DNA of 63,801 nt, the filler included. It is 6 parts of 6 records of this genome, joined end to end, with 100 filler letters (N's around TTAATTAATTAA, not from the genome) between each part and the next. Parts side by side here need not be neighbours in the genome. Positions count along the whole stretch, not along the records: positions 36,019 to 45,937 come from DRR723986_20000; positions 46,038 to 52,516 come from DRR723986_20011; 4 more parts are not named here. One strand, written 5' to 3'. The position numbers and the translations under genes are program-made. Positions within the stretch are counted from its first letter, which is position 1; each line of letters opens with the position of its first letter. Shown here in pieces: positions 38,234 to 48,717 of the stretch. The notes under the pieces are model-generated. The model did no database searches, was not told the origin of the DNA, and worked only from the letters and a program-made list of their open reading frames with translations.

Positions 38234-39346
38234 ATGAGAATTCTGCGCTACCTGACCCGCGATGTGCTCGTGCACATGGTAGCGGTGAGCTTTGTGCTGC
38301 TGATCATCATTTTCAGCGGTCGCTTCGTCAAATACCTGGCGGAGGCGGCGGTGGGCGACCTCGCGGGCAACGTCCTGCTGCCTATCATGCTCTACCGCCT
38401 GCCCGGGTTCCTCGAGCTGATATTTCCCCTGGGTTTGTTTATCGGCATCCTGATGGCCTACGGACGCCTATATGTCGAAAGCGAGATGGTGGTGCTGTCG
38501 GCCTGTGGGGTCAGCCCCGGCCGGCTGGCGGCCTACACCCTGGTGCCCGCAGCCCTGGTAATGCTGCTGGTGGCCTTGCTCAGCCTGCTGGTGACCCCGT
38601 TGGGGGCCGCGCGTTCCGAGGCACTGCTCGACGATCCAGCCTCATCCCAGGGTCTGCATTCGCTGGCCGCCGGCAGGTTCCAGACACGCCGGGGCAGCGC
38701 CCTGGTTTCCTACGCAGAGAGCGTCGATGACAAGGGCGTGATGCATAACGTGTTCCTGTCCCAGCGCGCCCGGGACAACGACCCGGAAGCGCGTCTGGAA
38801 GTGACGGTGGCGGAGCAGGGCGAGGTGACCATTGATGCCGAAACCGGGGCGCGTTACCTGGAGCTGCGCAATGGCTATCGCTACCGGGGGATGCCCGGGC
38901 GACTGGAGTATGAGGTGATCAGTTTTGAGCGCTTCGGTGAGCTGATTCCGGAGCCGGAAGGCGGTATCCGTACCGCTGCCCCGGTGGACGGACGCCCCAC
39001 GCTCGAGCTGTTGCGCTCCGATCGGCCCGAGGACCGGGCGGCCCTGCTGTGGCGAATATCGATTCCGTTGATGGTGCCCATCGTGGCAATCATCGCCTTC
39101 TGCCTCAGCAAGACAGACAGCCGTCGTGGTCGCTACGTCAAGCTGGCGCCCGCTTTCCTCATCTACTTTGGCTATCTCATGCTGCTGGCCAATGCGCGCA
39201 CCATGGTGGAAGAGGGCAGCACTGGCCCGATGGGCAGTGTCTGGTTGATTCACGGCGTGTTCCTGCTGATAGCCCTCGGGATGCTCTACGGGCGCCCGCT
39301 CAGTGACCGCCTGCGCGCAGGGAGACACGCCCGTGCGCAGGCTTGA
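38234..39346 (+). CDS. lptF: LPS export ABC transporter permease LptF
   Basis: RYLTR, GRLYVESEMVVL.ACG; divergent from pepA. Confidence 0.9.
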   Translation: MRILRYLTRDVLVHMVAVSFVLLIIIFSGRFVKYLAEAAVGDLAGNVLLPIMLYRLPGFLELIFPLGLFIGILMAYGRLYVESEMVVLSACGVSPGRLAAYTLVPAALVMLLVALLSLLVTPLGAARSEALLDDPASSQGLHSLAAGRFQTRRGSALVSYAESVDDKGVMHNVFLSQRARDNDPEARLEVTVAEQGEVTIDAETGARYLELRNGYRYRGMPGRLEYEVISFERFGELIPEPEGGIRTAAPVDGRPTLELLRSDRPEDRAALLWRISIPLMVPIVAIIAFCLSKTDSRRGRYVKLAPAFLIYFGYLMLLANARTMVEEGSTGPMGSVWLIHGVFLLIALGMLYGRPLSDRLRAGRHARAQA

Positions 39347-40394
39347 TCGCTATGTAGGGCGCACCGTGCTGGTGGCCACCTGCCTGGTGCTGGCGGTCAT
39401 CGTCGGCCTCGATGCGGTCAGCGCCTTCATTGATGAGGCGGGCGACATCAGTGAAACCTATACCTTTGGCCAGGTCGCCATCTATGTCCTGCTCACCCTG
39501 CCGCGACGCCTCTATGAGTACGTTCCGTTTGCCGCCCTCATCGGCAGCCTGATAGGGCTGGGCCAGCTGGCAACCTCCAGCGAGCTGGTGGTGATGCGCG
39601 GCGCCGGTGTGTCGGTGGGACGCCTTGTCTGGGTGGTGATGAAGCCAGCGCTGCTGGTAGCGGGAGCCGGCTTCCTGATCGGCGAGTATGTCGCGCCGGA
39701 GACCGAGCAGATGGCCCAGAGCCGACGGGCGATCGCCTTGAACCCAGGTGAGGGTGTCGCCGGACGCTACGGGATCTGGAATCGCGAGGGTAATACTTTC
39801 CTCCACTTCAACGCGCTGGAAACCAATGGCACGGTGTACGGCGTGACCCTGCTGCAGTTCGATTCACGCAGGCAGATGCAATCGGCGCTGCGAGCCCAGC
39901 AGGCGGTATTCCGTGGTGATCACTGGGTGATGGAGCGTGTGGTCAAGACCGACTTCACCAGCTGGGAAACCACGTCCACTCGCCACACCACCTTGCGCTG
40001 GGACACCGGCATCACCCCGCAGTTGCTGACGATGGAGGTGGTCGCGCCGGACCAGCTGCCGCTGATTGACCTGTACCGCTACAGCCGTTACCTGATGCAG
40101 CAGGGCCTCGATGCGGATGACTTTGAGCTCGCCCTGTGGCGGAAGTTGCTGCAGCCGCTGGCGATTGCCGGACTGGTGCTGGTCGCCATTTCTTTCATCT
40201 TCGGTCCGCTGCGCGATGGCACGATGGGTTTTCGCATCTTCGCGGGCGTCATTGTCGGTATTGTGTTCCGGATGAGCCAGGACCTGCTGGGGCCGGCGAG
40301 CCTGGTGTTCGGCTTTTCACCGCTGTACGCAGCGCTTATCCCGATCCTGGTGTGTATCCTGTTTGGCCTGGTGTTGCTCAGCCGTGCTCGCTGA
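39333..40394 (+). CDS. lptG: LPS export ABC transporter permease LptG
   Basis: LDRY, LATSSELVVMR.AG.S, FIFGPLR; GTG start overlapping lptF. Confidence 0.9.
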   Translation: MRRLDRYVGRTVLVATCLVLAVIVGLDAVSAFIDEAGDISETYTFGQVAIYVLLTLPRRLYEYVPFAALIGSLIGLGQLATSSELVVMRGAGVSVGRLVWVVMKPALLVAGAGFLIGEYVAPETEQMAQSRRAIALNPGEGVAGRYGIWNREGNTFLHFNALETNGTVYGVTLLQFDSRRQMQSALRAQQAVFRGDHWVMERVVKTDFTSWETTSTRHTTLRWDTGITPQLLTMEVVAPDQLPLIDLYRYSRYLMQQGLDADDFELALWRKLLQPLAIAGLVLVAISFIFGPLRDGTMGFRIFAGVIVGIVFRMSQDLLGPASLVFGFSPLYAALIPILVCILFGLVLLSRAR

Positions 40395-40402
40395 GCCCCG
40401 GC

Positions 40403-40876
40403 TCAGCTTCCTTTCGCCTTTTTCGGCAGCAGCACCAGCTCGGTGCCCGACAGGTAGTCATGCCAGTAGCGCCCCCGGCGATCGACCAGGCACCACAGGT
40501 AGCCGAGGCCGAGGCAGGCAGCGGAGAGCAGTGCGGCCAGGCAGCGCAGTACCGTGTGCCTGGGTCTTACCGGGTCGCCATTGCTGGTGACCAGCTTGAT
40601 CCGCCAGGCCTGCATACCGAGGGTCTGCCCGCTTTTTAGCCAGAAGATAGAGAAAAAGCCGATCACTGTGACCAGAATGATCAGTTGGCGGAGCAGCGGC
40701 GATAGCGCCTCAGGATCCACCACTCCGCCGGTCAGGTTCACCAGGGCGGCATACAGCCCCAGCGCCAGCGCCACGGCGAGCATCACCAGGGGCAGCACCA
40801 GCAGCGTGTCATAGAGCATGGCGATCAGCCGGCGCGGCAGTCCGGGTGGCGGCAGTGAAAGTGTGTCGGTCGTCAT
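40403..40876 (-). CDS. RDD-family membrane protein
   Basis: RRLIAMLYD, GQTLGMQAW, WHDYLSGT. Confidence 0.88.
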   Translation of the reverse strand: MTTDTLSLPPPGLPRRLIAMLYDTLLVLPLVMLAVALALGLYAALVNLTGGVVDPEALSPLLRQLIILVTVIGFFSIFWLKSGQTLGMQAWRIKLVTSNGDPVRPRHTVLRCLAALLSAACLGLGYLWCLVDRRGRYWHDYLSGTELVLLPKKAKGS

Positions 40877-40946
40877 GGCCGCGAGTCTAGCACTCTTTGG
40901 CGGGATTCCGCGGCATGCTACATTGCCGGCGATTGGAGGGTAAGGC

Positions 40947-41642
40947 ATGCATGTGTTAGTGGTGGAGGACGACCATAGCGTCGGTGGCTTTATTGCCGCC
41001 GAACTGGATGCCGCCGGCCATCCCTGCACCTGGGTCAGCGACGGGGAATCGGGGCTCGCCCAGGCGCGCAGTTCAGTTTTTGACGTCATGGTCGTGGATC
41101 GCATGCTGCCCGGCACGGACGGCCTGACCCTGGTGCGTACCTTGCGCAACGCGGGGATCCAGACGCCGGTGTTGTTCCTCAGCGCTCTTGGGGAAGTGGA
41201 TGATCGGGTCAAGGGACTGCAAAGTGGCGCTGACGACTATCTGGTCAAGCCTTTCGCCATGGATGAGCTGCTGGCCCGGCTGGAAGTGCTGGTGCGGCGT
41301 TCCAGCCAGAGCCGTGGGGACGCGCCGACAGCGCTGGACGTGGCAGACCTGCACATGGACCTGCTTAGCCAGCAAGTGTCGCGGGGCGGCCAGGCCATCA
41401 GCCTGCAACCGCGGGAATACCGCCTGCTGGAGTACCTGATGCGCCACCCGGGCCAGGTGGTGACCCGGGCCATGCTGCTGGAGCAGGTCTGGGGCTATCA
41501 CTTTGATCCCCAGACCAACGTGATCGATGTGCATATCTCCCGCCTGCGACAGAAGATCGATCGCGACTTTGGGACGCCATTGCTGGCCACCGTGCGGGGC
41601 ACAGGCTATTGCCTGGGCGGGGATGGTCAGGGTGCGGCCTAG
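40947..41642 (+). CDS. OmpR-family response regulator (CusR-like)
   Basis: VVEDD, DRMLP, GADDYLVKPF, FDPQTNVIDVHISRLR, TVRG.GY. Confidence 0.92.
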   Translation: MHVLVVEDDHSVGGFIAAELDAAGHPCTWVSDGESGLAQARSSVFDVMVVDRMLPGTDGLTLVRTLRNAGIQTPVLFLSALGEVDDRVKGLQSGADDYLVKPFAMDELLARLEVLVRRSSQSRGDAPTALDVADLHMDLLSQQVSRGGQAISLQPREYRLLEYLMRHPGQVVTRAMLLEQVWGYHFDPQTNVIDVHISRLRQKIDRDFGTPLLATVRGTGYCLGGDGQGAA

Positions 41643-41660
41643 GCAGCCCGGGACAGACCG

Positions 41661-43028
41661 ATGAGACCGCTGGAGGTCGTAACCAGTCTCACCTTCCGCT
41701 ACATCGCGCTTTATGTCACGGTGCTCAGCGCCACGGTATTCCTGCTGCTGGGCGGGCTGTACGCCTATTTCAGTTACACCTTCTTCAGCGACCTGAGCGA
41801 GTCGATACTCGATGAACTGGAGACCCTGCAGGTGGTCTACAGCGGCCAGTCCCTGGCCGGTGTCCAGCAGTACATAGACGACCAGATCACTGCCCCGGCC
41901 AGTGGCCGTTTCTATTACCTGGTCACCGACGCGGCTGGCGAGCGGGTGGCGGGAGACCTGCGGACCGCCCCGCGGTATGAAGAGTTCAGCGGCGGTTGGT
42001 TCGGTTTCCAGCTGGCCTTGCTGGAGCTGGGTGAGACCGTCGACGCGGATTTCCTCGCCCGGCCCACGGATCTGGGCGACGGTTACCGGGCCATTGTCGC
42101 CCGCAACTATGTCGATGCAACAGAGCAGGTGACCCTGGTATTCAGCACCCTGTTCAGGGCCATGCTCGCCACCATTTTGCTGGGCACAATTGGCGGTTAT
42201 TTCAGCGCAGCGAGTACCCTGAAGCGGGTGGAGCGACTGAATCGCGAGTTGTCCCAGGTAATCCGGGGCAGCCCGGACCAGCGGGTCGATACCGCTGCTC
42301 ACAAAGGTTATGTACGTCAGCTGGCGGGGATCATGAATAAGCTGCTGGGGCAGACGGAAAGCCTCATGCAGGGGGTGAAAACGGTATCGGACAATATTGC
42401 CCACGACCTGCGCACGCCGCTGACCCGGATGCGCAACCAGCTTGAGCAGCTGAAAGCGGGGCTCGATGGTGCGCGTGCACAGGACCTGCAGCGAATCATC
42501 GCTGACTGCGACGAAATTCTGGCGACCTTCAATGCGCTGCTGCGGATCTCCAATCTGGAGACCGGCGGTCAGTACAGTGGTTCATCCGAGCTGGACCTGG
42601 CCGCGCTGGTGTCCGATGTGGTTGAGCTGTATGAGCCCGTGGCCGTAGACAAGGACCTTGCCCTTGCGCTGGAAACACCCGCAGAAGCGCTGCTGGCAGG
42701 TGATCGCGACCTGTTGTTCCAGCTGTTCGCCAATCTGCTGGACAACGCGATCAAGTACACCCCGGCCGGTGGCAGGATTGATATCGCCCTGGCCGCCCGG
42801 GCCCCGCAAGGGTGGCAGGTCGTGGTCGCTGATTCGGGTCCGGGTATCCCTGCGGCGGAACGCAAGAACGTGTTCCGGCGCTTCTATCGGCTGGAGGCAA
42901 GCCGCGGCCAGGTGTCCGGCCACGGGCTCGGGCTGAGCCTGGTGCAGGCCATTGCCCGCTATCACCGCGGCACCGTTGAACTCAGTGACAACAGGCCGGG
43001 ATTGCGGGTCCAGGTCGACCTTGGCTAG
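41661..43028 (+). CDS. Sensor histidine kinase
   Basis: Two TM helices, IAHDLRTPL, NLLDNAIKY, DSGPGI, GHGLGL. Confidence 0.92.
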   Translation: MRPLEVVTSLTFRYIALYVTVLSATVFLLLGGLYAYFSYTFFSDLSESILDELETLQVVYSGQSLAGVQQYIDDQITAPASGRFYYLVTDAAGERVAGDLRTAPRYEEFSGGWFGFQLALLELGETVDADFLARPTDLGDGYRAIVARNYVDATEQVTLVFSTLFRAMLATILLGTIGGYFSAASTLKRVERLNRELSQVIRGSPDQRVDTAAHKGYVRQLAGIMNKLLGQTESLMQGVKTVSDNIAHDLRTPLTRMRNQLEQLKAGLDGARAQDLQRIIADCDEILATFNALLRISNLETGGQYSGSSELDLAALVSDVVELYEPVAVDKDLALALETPAEALLAGDRDLLFQLFANLLDNAIKYTPAGGRIDIALAARAPQGWQVVVADSGPGIPAAERKNVFRRFYRLEASRGQVSGHGLGLSLVQAIARYHRGTVELSDNRPGLRVQVDLG

Positions 43029-43798
43029 GCGTCCGGCTCCAGGCTCAGATGATCTGTGGCGGGAGGTGGCGGTGCCGGTCTCTTGCGTTCCCCTGGCGCC
43101 AGCAAGTCGGCGCCGGCAGGTGCCATCTCCATAGCGGAAAGGTCCAGCGCCGGGGGCGGCGCTGCCTCGGGCGCACAGTCGCTGAAGTCAGTACCCTCTG
43201 GCGCCAAGCTGATGGCTTCGGTTGCAGGCACCGGCGGCGGTGCGCCCCGGTCGAGATTGGGGATGGTTTCCCCGGGCTCGCCCATGCTCAGGTGGCTGGT
43301 GTCCGGTCCTGGCGGCGGCGGCGCCGGTTCCTTCGACAGGCGCTCGCCGGGTGCGGCGGCCGACAGTCCTGAGGTATCGATGTCCGCCGGGGTAACCCGT
43401 TGGCGCTCCTCCGGGCGCAGGACATCGGCCCCGGGAGGTTCGAGATTCAGGCTGGTGGTGGCGCCAGGCTGGTCGGGATCGGTCCCTGCGGCCACTGCGG
43501 CAATCCGTTCGGCAGCGCTAAGTGGTGCCGCCGGCGGCGCCGCTGCTGCCGGAGCCGTCTCCCCGGCATCTGCGCGCTTGATTAGCGGTCTGGCACCGGC
43601 ACTTTCCATGGCTTGTTTGTATTTGAGGGCGGTATCCCGGTCGCAGTTGCGCTTGATCAACTGCTGCCGGCCGCTGAACAGTTTGTCCAGGGTGGCCTCG
43701 TCGGCATTGAACAGCCGGGCCAGGCGCTGGCGCACGTCCTGCGCGCTGTGTTCCTCGATTATCTCGCCGGCAAAATAGATGTTGAAGCTGTCACTCAT
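43025..43798 (-). CDS. Hypothetical protein: small N-terminal domain plus a Pro-rich tail with about six repeats
   Basis: Start at ATG 43798 (MSDSFNIYFAGE...LARLF...LFSG...IK); repeated DTSxLSLxxPG units. Confidence 0.78.
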   Translation of the reverse strand: MSDSFNIYFAGEIIEEHSAQDVRQRLARLFNADEATLDKLFSGRQQLIKRNCDRDTALKYKQAMESAGARPLIKRADAGETAPAAAAPPAAPLSAAERIAAVAAGTDPDQPGATTSLNLEPPGADVLRPEERQRVTPADIDTSGLSAAAPGERLSKEPAPPPPGPDTSHLSMGEPGETIPNLDRGAPPPVPATEAISLAPEGTDFSDCAPEAAPPPALDLSAMEMAPAGADLLAPGERKRPAPPPPATDHLSLEPDA

Positions 43799-43918
43799 AG
43801 CCAGTCCCCGCACATGCCTTTTGACAGTATAGGCGCCAGTTCGCAGGCTACCAAGCCGCGATCCCGGACGCGATCTGCTACCATGCCGCGCTGAAACGGG
43901 GTTTGCAGTGACGACGCC

Positions 43919-44983
43919 ATGAGCGACAGGGTTCCCACGCGGTTCGTGTCCTCCTTGCTGAGGATGGTGGATAACCGCGGATATGATTTTTCCGGCATTC
44001 TGGCGGACGCGGGGCTGGATTTTGATCCGCTGGCTCCCGAGGCACCTGCATACCGCACTGAAATCAGCGCGATGCAGTATTCCCGCGTCTACCAGCATGT
44101 GCTGCACCTGCTGCAGGATGAAACCTTCGGTGTGACCGGTAGCGAACTGGTGGCTCCCGGTGCGTTCCGCATGATGTGCTACTGCATCATATCCTGCGAC
44201 AATCTGGGGCAGGCGATTCGGCGCGCCTCGGAGTTCTATCGCACCTTTTTCGATGAACGCAGCCAGCTCTACGCCAATTTTTCCGAGCAGTACGCGCGGG
44301 TAGGCTACCGGACCATTACCAGTCCGGATGCCGGCCAGGTGGCGGCCGCAGATGCCTACGGCCTGTCCATGTGGCACCGTTTTTTCGGCTGGCTGTGCGG
44401 CCGGCCGATTGAGCTCAAGCGGGTCGATTTTTCCGGGGATACACCCGAGCGCGTGGAAAAGTATGAGGAACTGTTCGGTTGCCCATTGTATTTTCGCCAG
44501 CCTAACGACCTGCTGTATTTCGACAGTGCCTGCCTGGCCTGGCCGGTTGTCCACACCGAGCATTCCCTGCGAGAGTTCCTGCGCACTGCGCCCTACCAAC
44601 TGCTGATCATGGAGAGTGATCCCGACTCCAATAATCTGGCGGCTCAGGTCAAGGCCATGATGGGACACGATTTCAGCGAGGGATTTCCGGGCTTCGAAGC
44701 GATCAGTCGCGCTCTGAATATGTCCGCGCCCACGCTGCGTCGCCGGCTCAAGCGTGAGGGGACGACCTTCCAGCAGCTCAAGGACGCGGCGCGCTGTGAT
44801 GCGGCGAAGCTGTGCCTGGATCGCCCCGAATTGTCGATCAACGATGTCGCCCTGCAGATGGGTTTTACCGACCCCAGCGCGTTCCACCGCTCGTTCAAGA
44901 AATGGACCGGTAAAACACCGGGCCAGTTCCGGACCGAGCGCAGCCGGGCAGGGCGTAAGCCGCGGGAGTCAAACGCATCCTGA
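43919..44983 (+). CDS. AraC-family transcriptional regulator
   Basis: LNMSAPTLRRRLKREGTTF; GFTDPSAFHRSFKKWTGKTPGQFR. Confidence 0.92.
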   Translation: MSDRVPTRFVSSLLRMVDNRGYDFSGILADAGLDFDPLAPEAPAYRTEISAMQYSRVYQHVLHLLQDETFGVTGSELVAPGAFRMMCYCIISCDNLGQAIRRASEFYRTFFDERSQLYANFSEQYARVGYRTITSPDAGQVAAADAYGLSMWHRFFGWLCGRPIELKRVDFSGDTPERVEKYEELFGCPLYFRQPNDLLYFDSACLAWPVVHTEHSLREFLRTAPYQLLIMESDPDSNNLAAQVKAMMGHDFSEGFPGFEAISRALNMSAPTLRRRLKREGTTFQQLKDAARCDAAKLCLDRPELSINDVALQMGFTDPSAFHRSFKKWTGKTPGQFRTERSRAGRKPRESNAS

Positions 44984-45048
44984 GTAGCCCGGCTGCGCTA
45001 CACGGGTCTGCGGGCAGCGGGTATAATTGACGCCCGGCAGGAGGAAGC

Positions 45049-45378
45049 ATGCAAGTACAGCAACAGATCGAAGACCAGCTGCAAGAAGGGCTGCAGCCCA
45101 GTTATCTTGAAGTTCTCAATGAGAGCGACCAGCACAGTGTGCCGCCGAACTCCGAGACGCATTTCAAGGTTGTCATCGTCAGTCCGGCTTTTGACGGTCT
45201 GCGCAAGGTGGCCCGCCACCAGCAGGTCTACGCCCGCCTGAGCGAGCAACTTGCCGGTCCGGTGCACGCGCTGGCACTGCACACCTACACGCCTGCCGAA
45301 TGGGAGCAGCGCGGGGCCGATGCCCCGGCCTCGCCGGATTGCCTGGGCGGCAGCAAGCGCGAGCAGGCACAGGGCTAG
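45049..45378 (+). CDS. bolA: BolA protein
   Basis: [33 protein letters not shown]. Confidence 0.9.
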   Translation: MQVQQQIEDQLQEGLQPSYLEVLNESDQHSVPPNSETHFKVVIVSPAFDGLRKVARHQQVYARLSEQLAGPVHALALHTYTPAEWEQRGADAPASPDCLGGSKREQAQG

Positions 45379-45385
45379 TCGGATC

Positions 45386-45937
45386 ATGAGTGAGACTGTT
45401 GTTGCCGCCCTGTACAAGTTCGTGACCCTGGCGGATTACCAGGCCATGCGGGAACCGCTGCTGGACGAGTGTCTGGCCGCAGGTGCTCGAGGCACCTTGC
45501 TGCTGGCGCATGAAGGAATTAACGGCACCATCGCCGGTAGCAGGGAAGGTATTGACCGGGTGCTGGCATACCTGCGCAATGATCCCCGAATGGCCGATCT
45601 TGAGCACAAGGAGTCATATGACGATCACCTGCCTTTCCACCGTATGAAGGTGAAGCTCAAGAAAGAAATCGTGACCATGGGGGTCGTGGATATCGACCCT
45701 AACGAGGTGGTGGGAACCTATGTGGAACCCGGTGACTGGAACGAATTGATCAGCGATCCCGAGGTGCTGCTGATTGACACCCGCAATGACTATGAATACG
45801 GCATCGGCAGCTTTCGAGGTGCGGTTGATCCGCATACCACCACCTTTCGCGAGTTCCCCGCCTGGGTGCGCGCCAACCTGGATCCGGGGCGCCAGAAAAA
45901 GGTCGCGATGTTCTGCACCGGCGGCATCCGCTGCGAG
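45386..45937 (+). CDS. trhO: Rhodanese-domain tRNA uridine(34) hydroxylase (TrhO/YceA), 3'-truncated
   Basis: [36 protein letters not shown]. Confidence 0.88.
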
Positions 45938-46037
45938 NNNNNNNNNNNNNNNNNNNNNNNNNNNNNNNNNNNNNNNNNNNNTTAATTAATTAANNNNNNN
46001 NNNNNNNNNNNNNNNNNNNNNNNNNNNNNNNNNNNNN
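45938..46037. other. Artificial contig spacer
   Basis: 44 N + TTAATTAATTAA + 44 N. Confidence 0.98.
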
Positions 46038-46274
46038 CTCGCCCATGATCATCATGGTGGCGTGGCCCTGGCTCCAGCACTCACCGGCATTGGGGCAACC
46101 CGCCTCTTCGCAGACTGTCACCAGCTTGTGCTCTCGCATGATCTTGTGGGTTCTCTTATACCCTTCGCCCACGGGCGCCTTGACCCGGATCCATGCCGGT
46201 TTCTTCGGCTGCGGGTTATCAGGACGACGCGCCTTTTCGGGGTGGCGCTGTTCGGGGATCTTGAGATCACGCAT
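46038..46274 (-). CDS. lipA: Lipoyl synthase, N-terminal fragment
   Basis: [35 protein letters not shown]. Confidence 0.93.
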
Positions 46275-46441
46275 AAGAGGGCTCCTCCAACTGGCGACTG
46301 TTTAACGCTAAACAATCCAAAAGTAACCCCGCCCAAAGCGGGAAACAGCTATGCATCCCTGCGATTCCTTGGCGCAGGGCCACCGGTTGCGCGCAGACCG
46401 GGCCGAGGTCAAACTGCCCCTATCCGCAGGGGGACAGGACA

Positions 46442-47173
46442 ATGGCCATCAACTGGACCGAGCACCGCACGCAAGATCATCATATCACCCGCGCGCAAGA
46501 GTTTCTCAAGCAAATCGTCTATGGCGGCAATGACGGCATCGTCACGACCTTTGCAATTGTCGCGGGCTTTGCCGGGGCCTCGGCCGAAAACACCGCCCAG
46601 ATCGGAGCGCTGGCGGTGCTGGTCTTTGGCCTTGCGAATCTTTTTGCTGACGGCGTCTCGATGGGGTTGGGCGAATTTCTGTCGGGCCGGTCGCAACGCG
46701 ATCTCTACACGACACGCCGCAAGATGGAGTTGCAGGAACTGGCCACCGACCCGGACGGCGAACAGGCTGAATTGCAACAGATGCTGCGCGAGCGGGGCAT
46801 GGCGGGGGACGATGCCGATCAGGTCGCTTGCATCCTGATGCGCAACCACGAATTCGCCGCCGACCTGATGATGGCCTATGAGTTCGAGATGACAGACCCG
46901 CGCAGCACCAATCCCGTCGGCGACGGGCTATCCACCTTCGCCGCCTTCATCACGCTCGGGTCGATCCCGCTTGCCCCCTATCTGATCGGCATGGACACGG
47001 CGCTTGCCTTCCCCGTTTCGGTCGCGGCGACCTTCATGGCATTGTTCGGCCTCGGCGTATTGCGCTGGCGGGTGACGGGGGAAACGGCACTGCGCTGCAT
47101 CGGGGAAACCGTAACCGTCGGCGGGGTCTGTTCCCTCGTGGCCTTTGGCGTCGGGGTGCTGGTCGGCGGCTAG
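46442..47173 (+). CDS. VIT1/CCC1-family Fe/Mn transporter
   Basis: IVYGGNDGIVTTFA, ADGVSMGLGEFLS, G.IPL.PY. Confidence 0.88.
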   Translation: MAINWTEHRTQDHHITRAQEFLKQIVYGGNDGIVTTFAIVAGFAGASAENTAQIGALAVLVFGLANLFADGVSMGLGEFLSGRSQRDLYTTRRKMELQELATDPDGEQAELQQMLRERGMAGDDADQVACILMRNHEFAADLMMAYEFEMTDPRSTNPVGDGLSTFAAFITLGSIPLAPYLIGMDTALAFPVSVAATFMALFGLGVLRWRVTGETALRCIGETVTVGGVCSLVAFGVGVLVGG

Positions 47174-47232
47174 GTGCTTGCAACCGCGCGCAAAACAGGC
47201 AGGCTGCGCGGCAAGCCGAAAAAGGATGCCAG

Positions 47233-48600
47233 ATGACCGCCCGCGATCAGATCACCGCCCGCGCCGCCGCGCCGGAAACGCTTCAGACCTATGTCGAAGA
47301 ACTGACCACTTTGGTGGCCTTCCCCACGGAACCCGGCGGATCAGACGCCCATGCCACCTGCCTGAAACACATTGCGGGCCTGATGATGAGCCACGGCTTT
47401 GTCGCCCGCTGGATCGAAGGCGATCACCCCCCTGCCCTGATCCTGTCGCGCCACGAGGCGGACGGGTTGCCGACGATCCTCGGCTATGGACACGCCGATA
47501 CCGTGCCGGGAATGAAGGGGCGCTGGCGGGACGGGCTTGATCCTTGGGTGCTGACCGAACGCGATGGCAAGCTCTACGGGCGCGGGGTTGCGGACAACAA
47601 GGGCCAGCTGCTGATCAACCTGACCGCGCTGCGGCTGGTGTTGGAAGAACAGGGCGCGCTCGGCTTCAACTGTCATATGCTGGTGGAAATGGGCGAGGAA
47701 GTCGGCTCGCCGGGGCTGGATGCGATCTGCGCGGGGTTGAAGGACGATCTGAACGCCGATCTGGTGCTGGCCTCTGACGGGCCGCGCCTGTCACAGGATC
47801 AACCAACGGTGTTTCTTGGCGCACGCGGGGCCGTGACCGTGAAACTGTCGATCCACCACCGAGAGGCCGGACGCCATTCAGGCAATTTCGGCGGTCTTCT
47901 GCGCAATCCCGGCACCGAACTGGCCCATGCGCTGACCTGCATCATCGGCCCGCACGGCGAATGCCGTGTCCCCGGCTGGACGCCGGACAAGGTGCCCGAC
48001 GCAACCCGCGCCATCCTGTCCGACATCACCCCCGCAGGCGGTGAGATTGACGCCGGATGGGGAACCCCCGGCCTGACCCCCGCAGAACGGGTGTTCGCGT
48101 GGTCTGCGGTCGAGGTTCTGGCCTTCACCTGCGGCACGCCCGAGCGGCCCGTCAACGCCATCCCGCCAGACGCCCGAGCCCATATCCAGCTGCGCTATGT
48201 TACCGGGCTGGACCCCGCCACGATCCTGCCTGCCCTGCGCGCACATCTGGACGCGCACGGCTTTGACTATGTGGAAATCGAGGAGCCCGACGCCCGCTTC
48301 CCCGCCTCATCCACGCCGCCCGATCACCCCTTTGCCCGCTTCACGTGTGCCTCTCTTGCGCAGACCACCGGGAACGATCCCGTGCTGCTGCCCTCGCTTG
48401 GTGGCTCGCTGCCCAATCACGTCTTCACCGAAACGCTCGGCCTGCCCGCGATCTGGGTGCCGCACAGCTACCCCGGTTGCAGCCAGCACGCCCCCGACGA
48501 ACATCTGCCGCGCGCAATGATCCCCGGCGCCATTGCCCTTATGGCCGGGCTTTACCACGATATCGGGCAAGCGGGCCGCGCGGGTTTGGGGCTGGACTGA
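47233..48600 (+). CDS. M20-family metallopeptidase/amidohydrolase
   Basis: YGHADTV, GRGVADNKG, EMGEEVGS, SDG, QHAPDE. Confidence 0.88.
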   Translation: MTARDQITARAAAPETLQTYVEELTTLVAFPTEPGGSDAHATCLKHIAGLMMSHGFVARWIEGDHPPALILSRHEADGLPTILGYGHADTVPGMKGRWRDGLDPWVLTERDGKLYGRGVADNKGQLLINLTALRLVLEEQGALGFNCHMLVEMGEEVGSPGLDAICAGLKDDLNADLVLASDGPRLSQDQPTVFLGARGAVTVKLSIHHREAGRHSGNFGGLLRNPGTELAHALTCIIGPHGECRVPGWTPDKVPDATRAILSDITPAGGEIDAGWGTPGLTPAERVFAWSAVEVLAFTCGTPERPVNAIPPDARAHIQLRYVTGLDPATILPALRAHLDAHGFDYVEIEEPDARFPASSTPPDHPFARFTCASLAQTTGNDPVLLPSLGGSLPNHVFTETLGLPAIWVPHSYPGCSQHAPDEHLPRAMIPGAIALMAGLYHDIGQAGRAGLGLD

Positions 48601-48717
48601 CGGTCCACGGTCTTTTCCCGCCAATTCGCACCCCCTCTTTGTCGAAAACGTGCGATCCGGGATACGGGCCGCACGATAGTCTGACCGCCAGACAGGACTG
48701 CGAAACAGGAGATCTTC

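Noticed and set aside
43025..44887. 620-aa minus-strand ORF overlapping the AraC gene
   Set aside because: The first ~360 codons are the antisense shadow of the AraC gene and its upstream region; the credible gene starts at ATG 43798
48601..48717. Possible glycine riboswitch or betaine-regulator site before the GcvT-family gene
   Set aside because: The region is short and lacks the glycine aptamer core; the TGTCG motif alone is not enough
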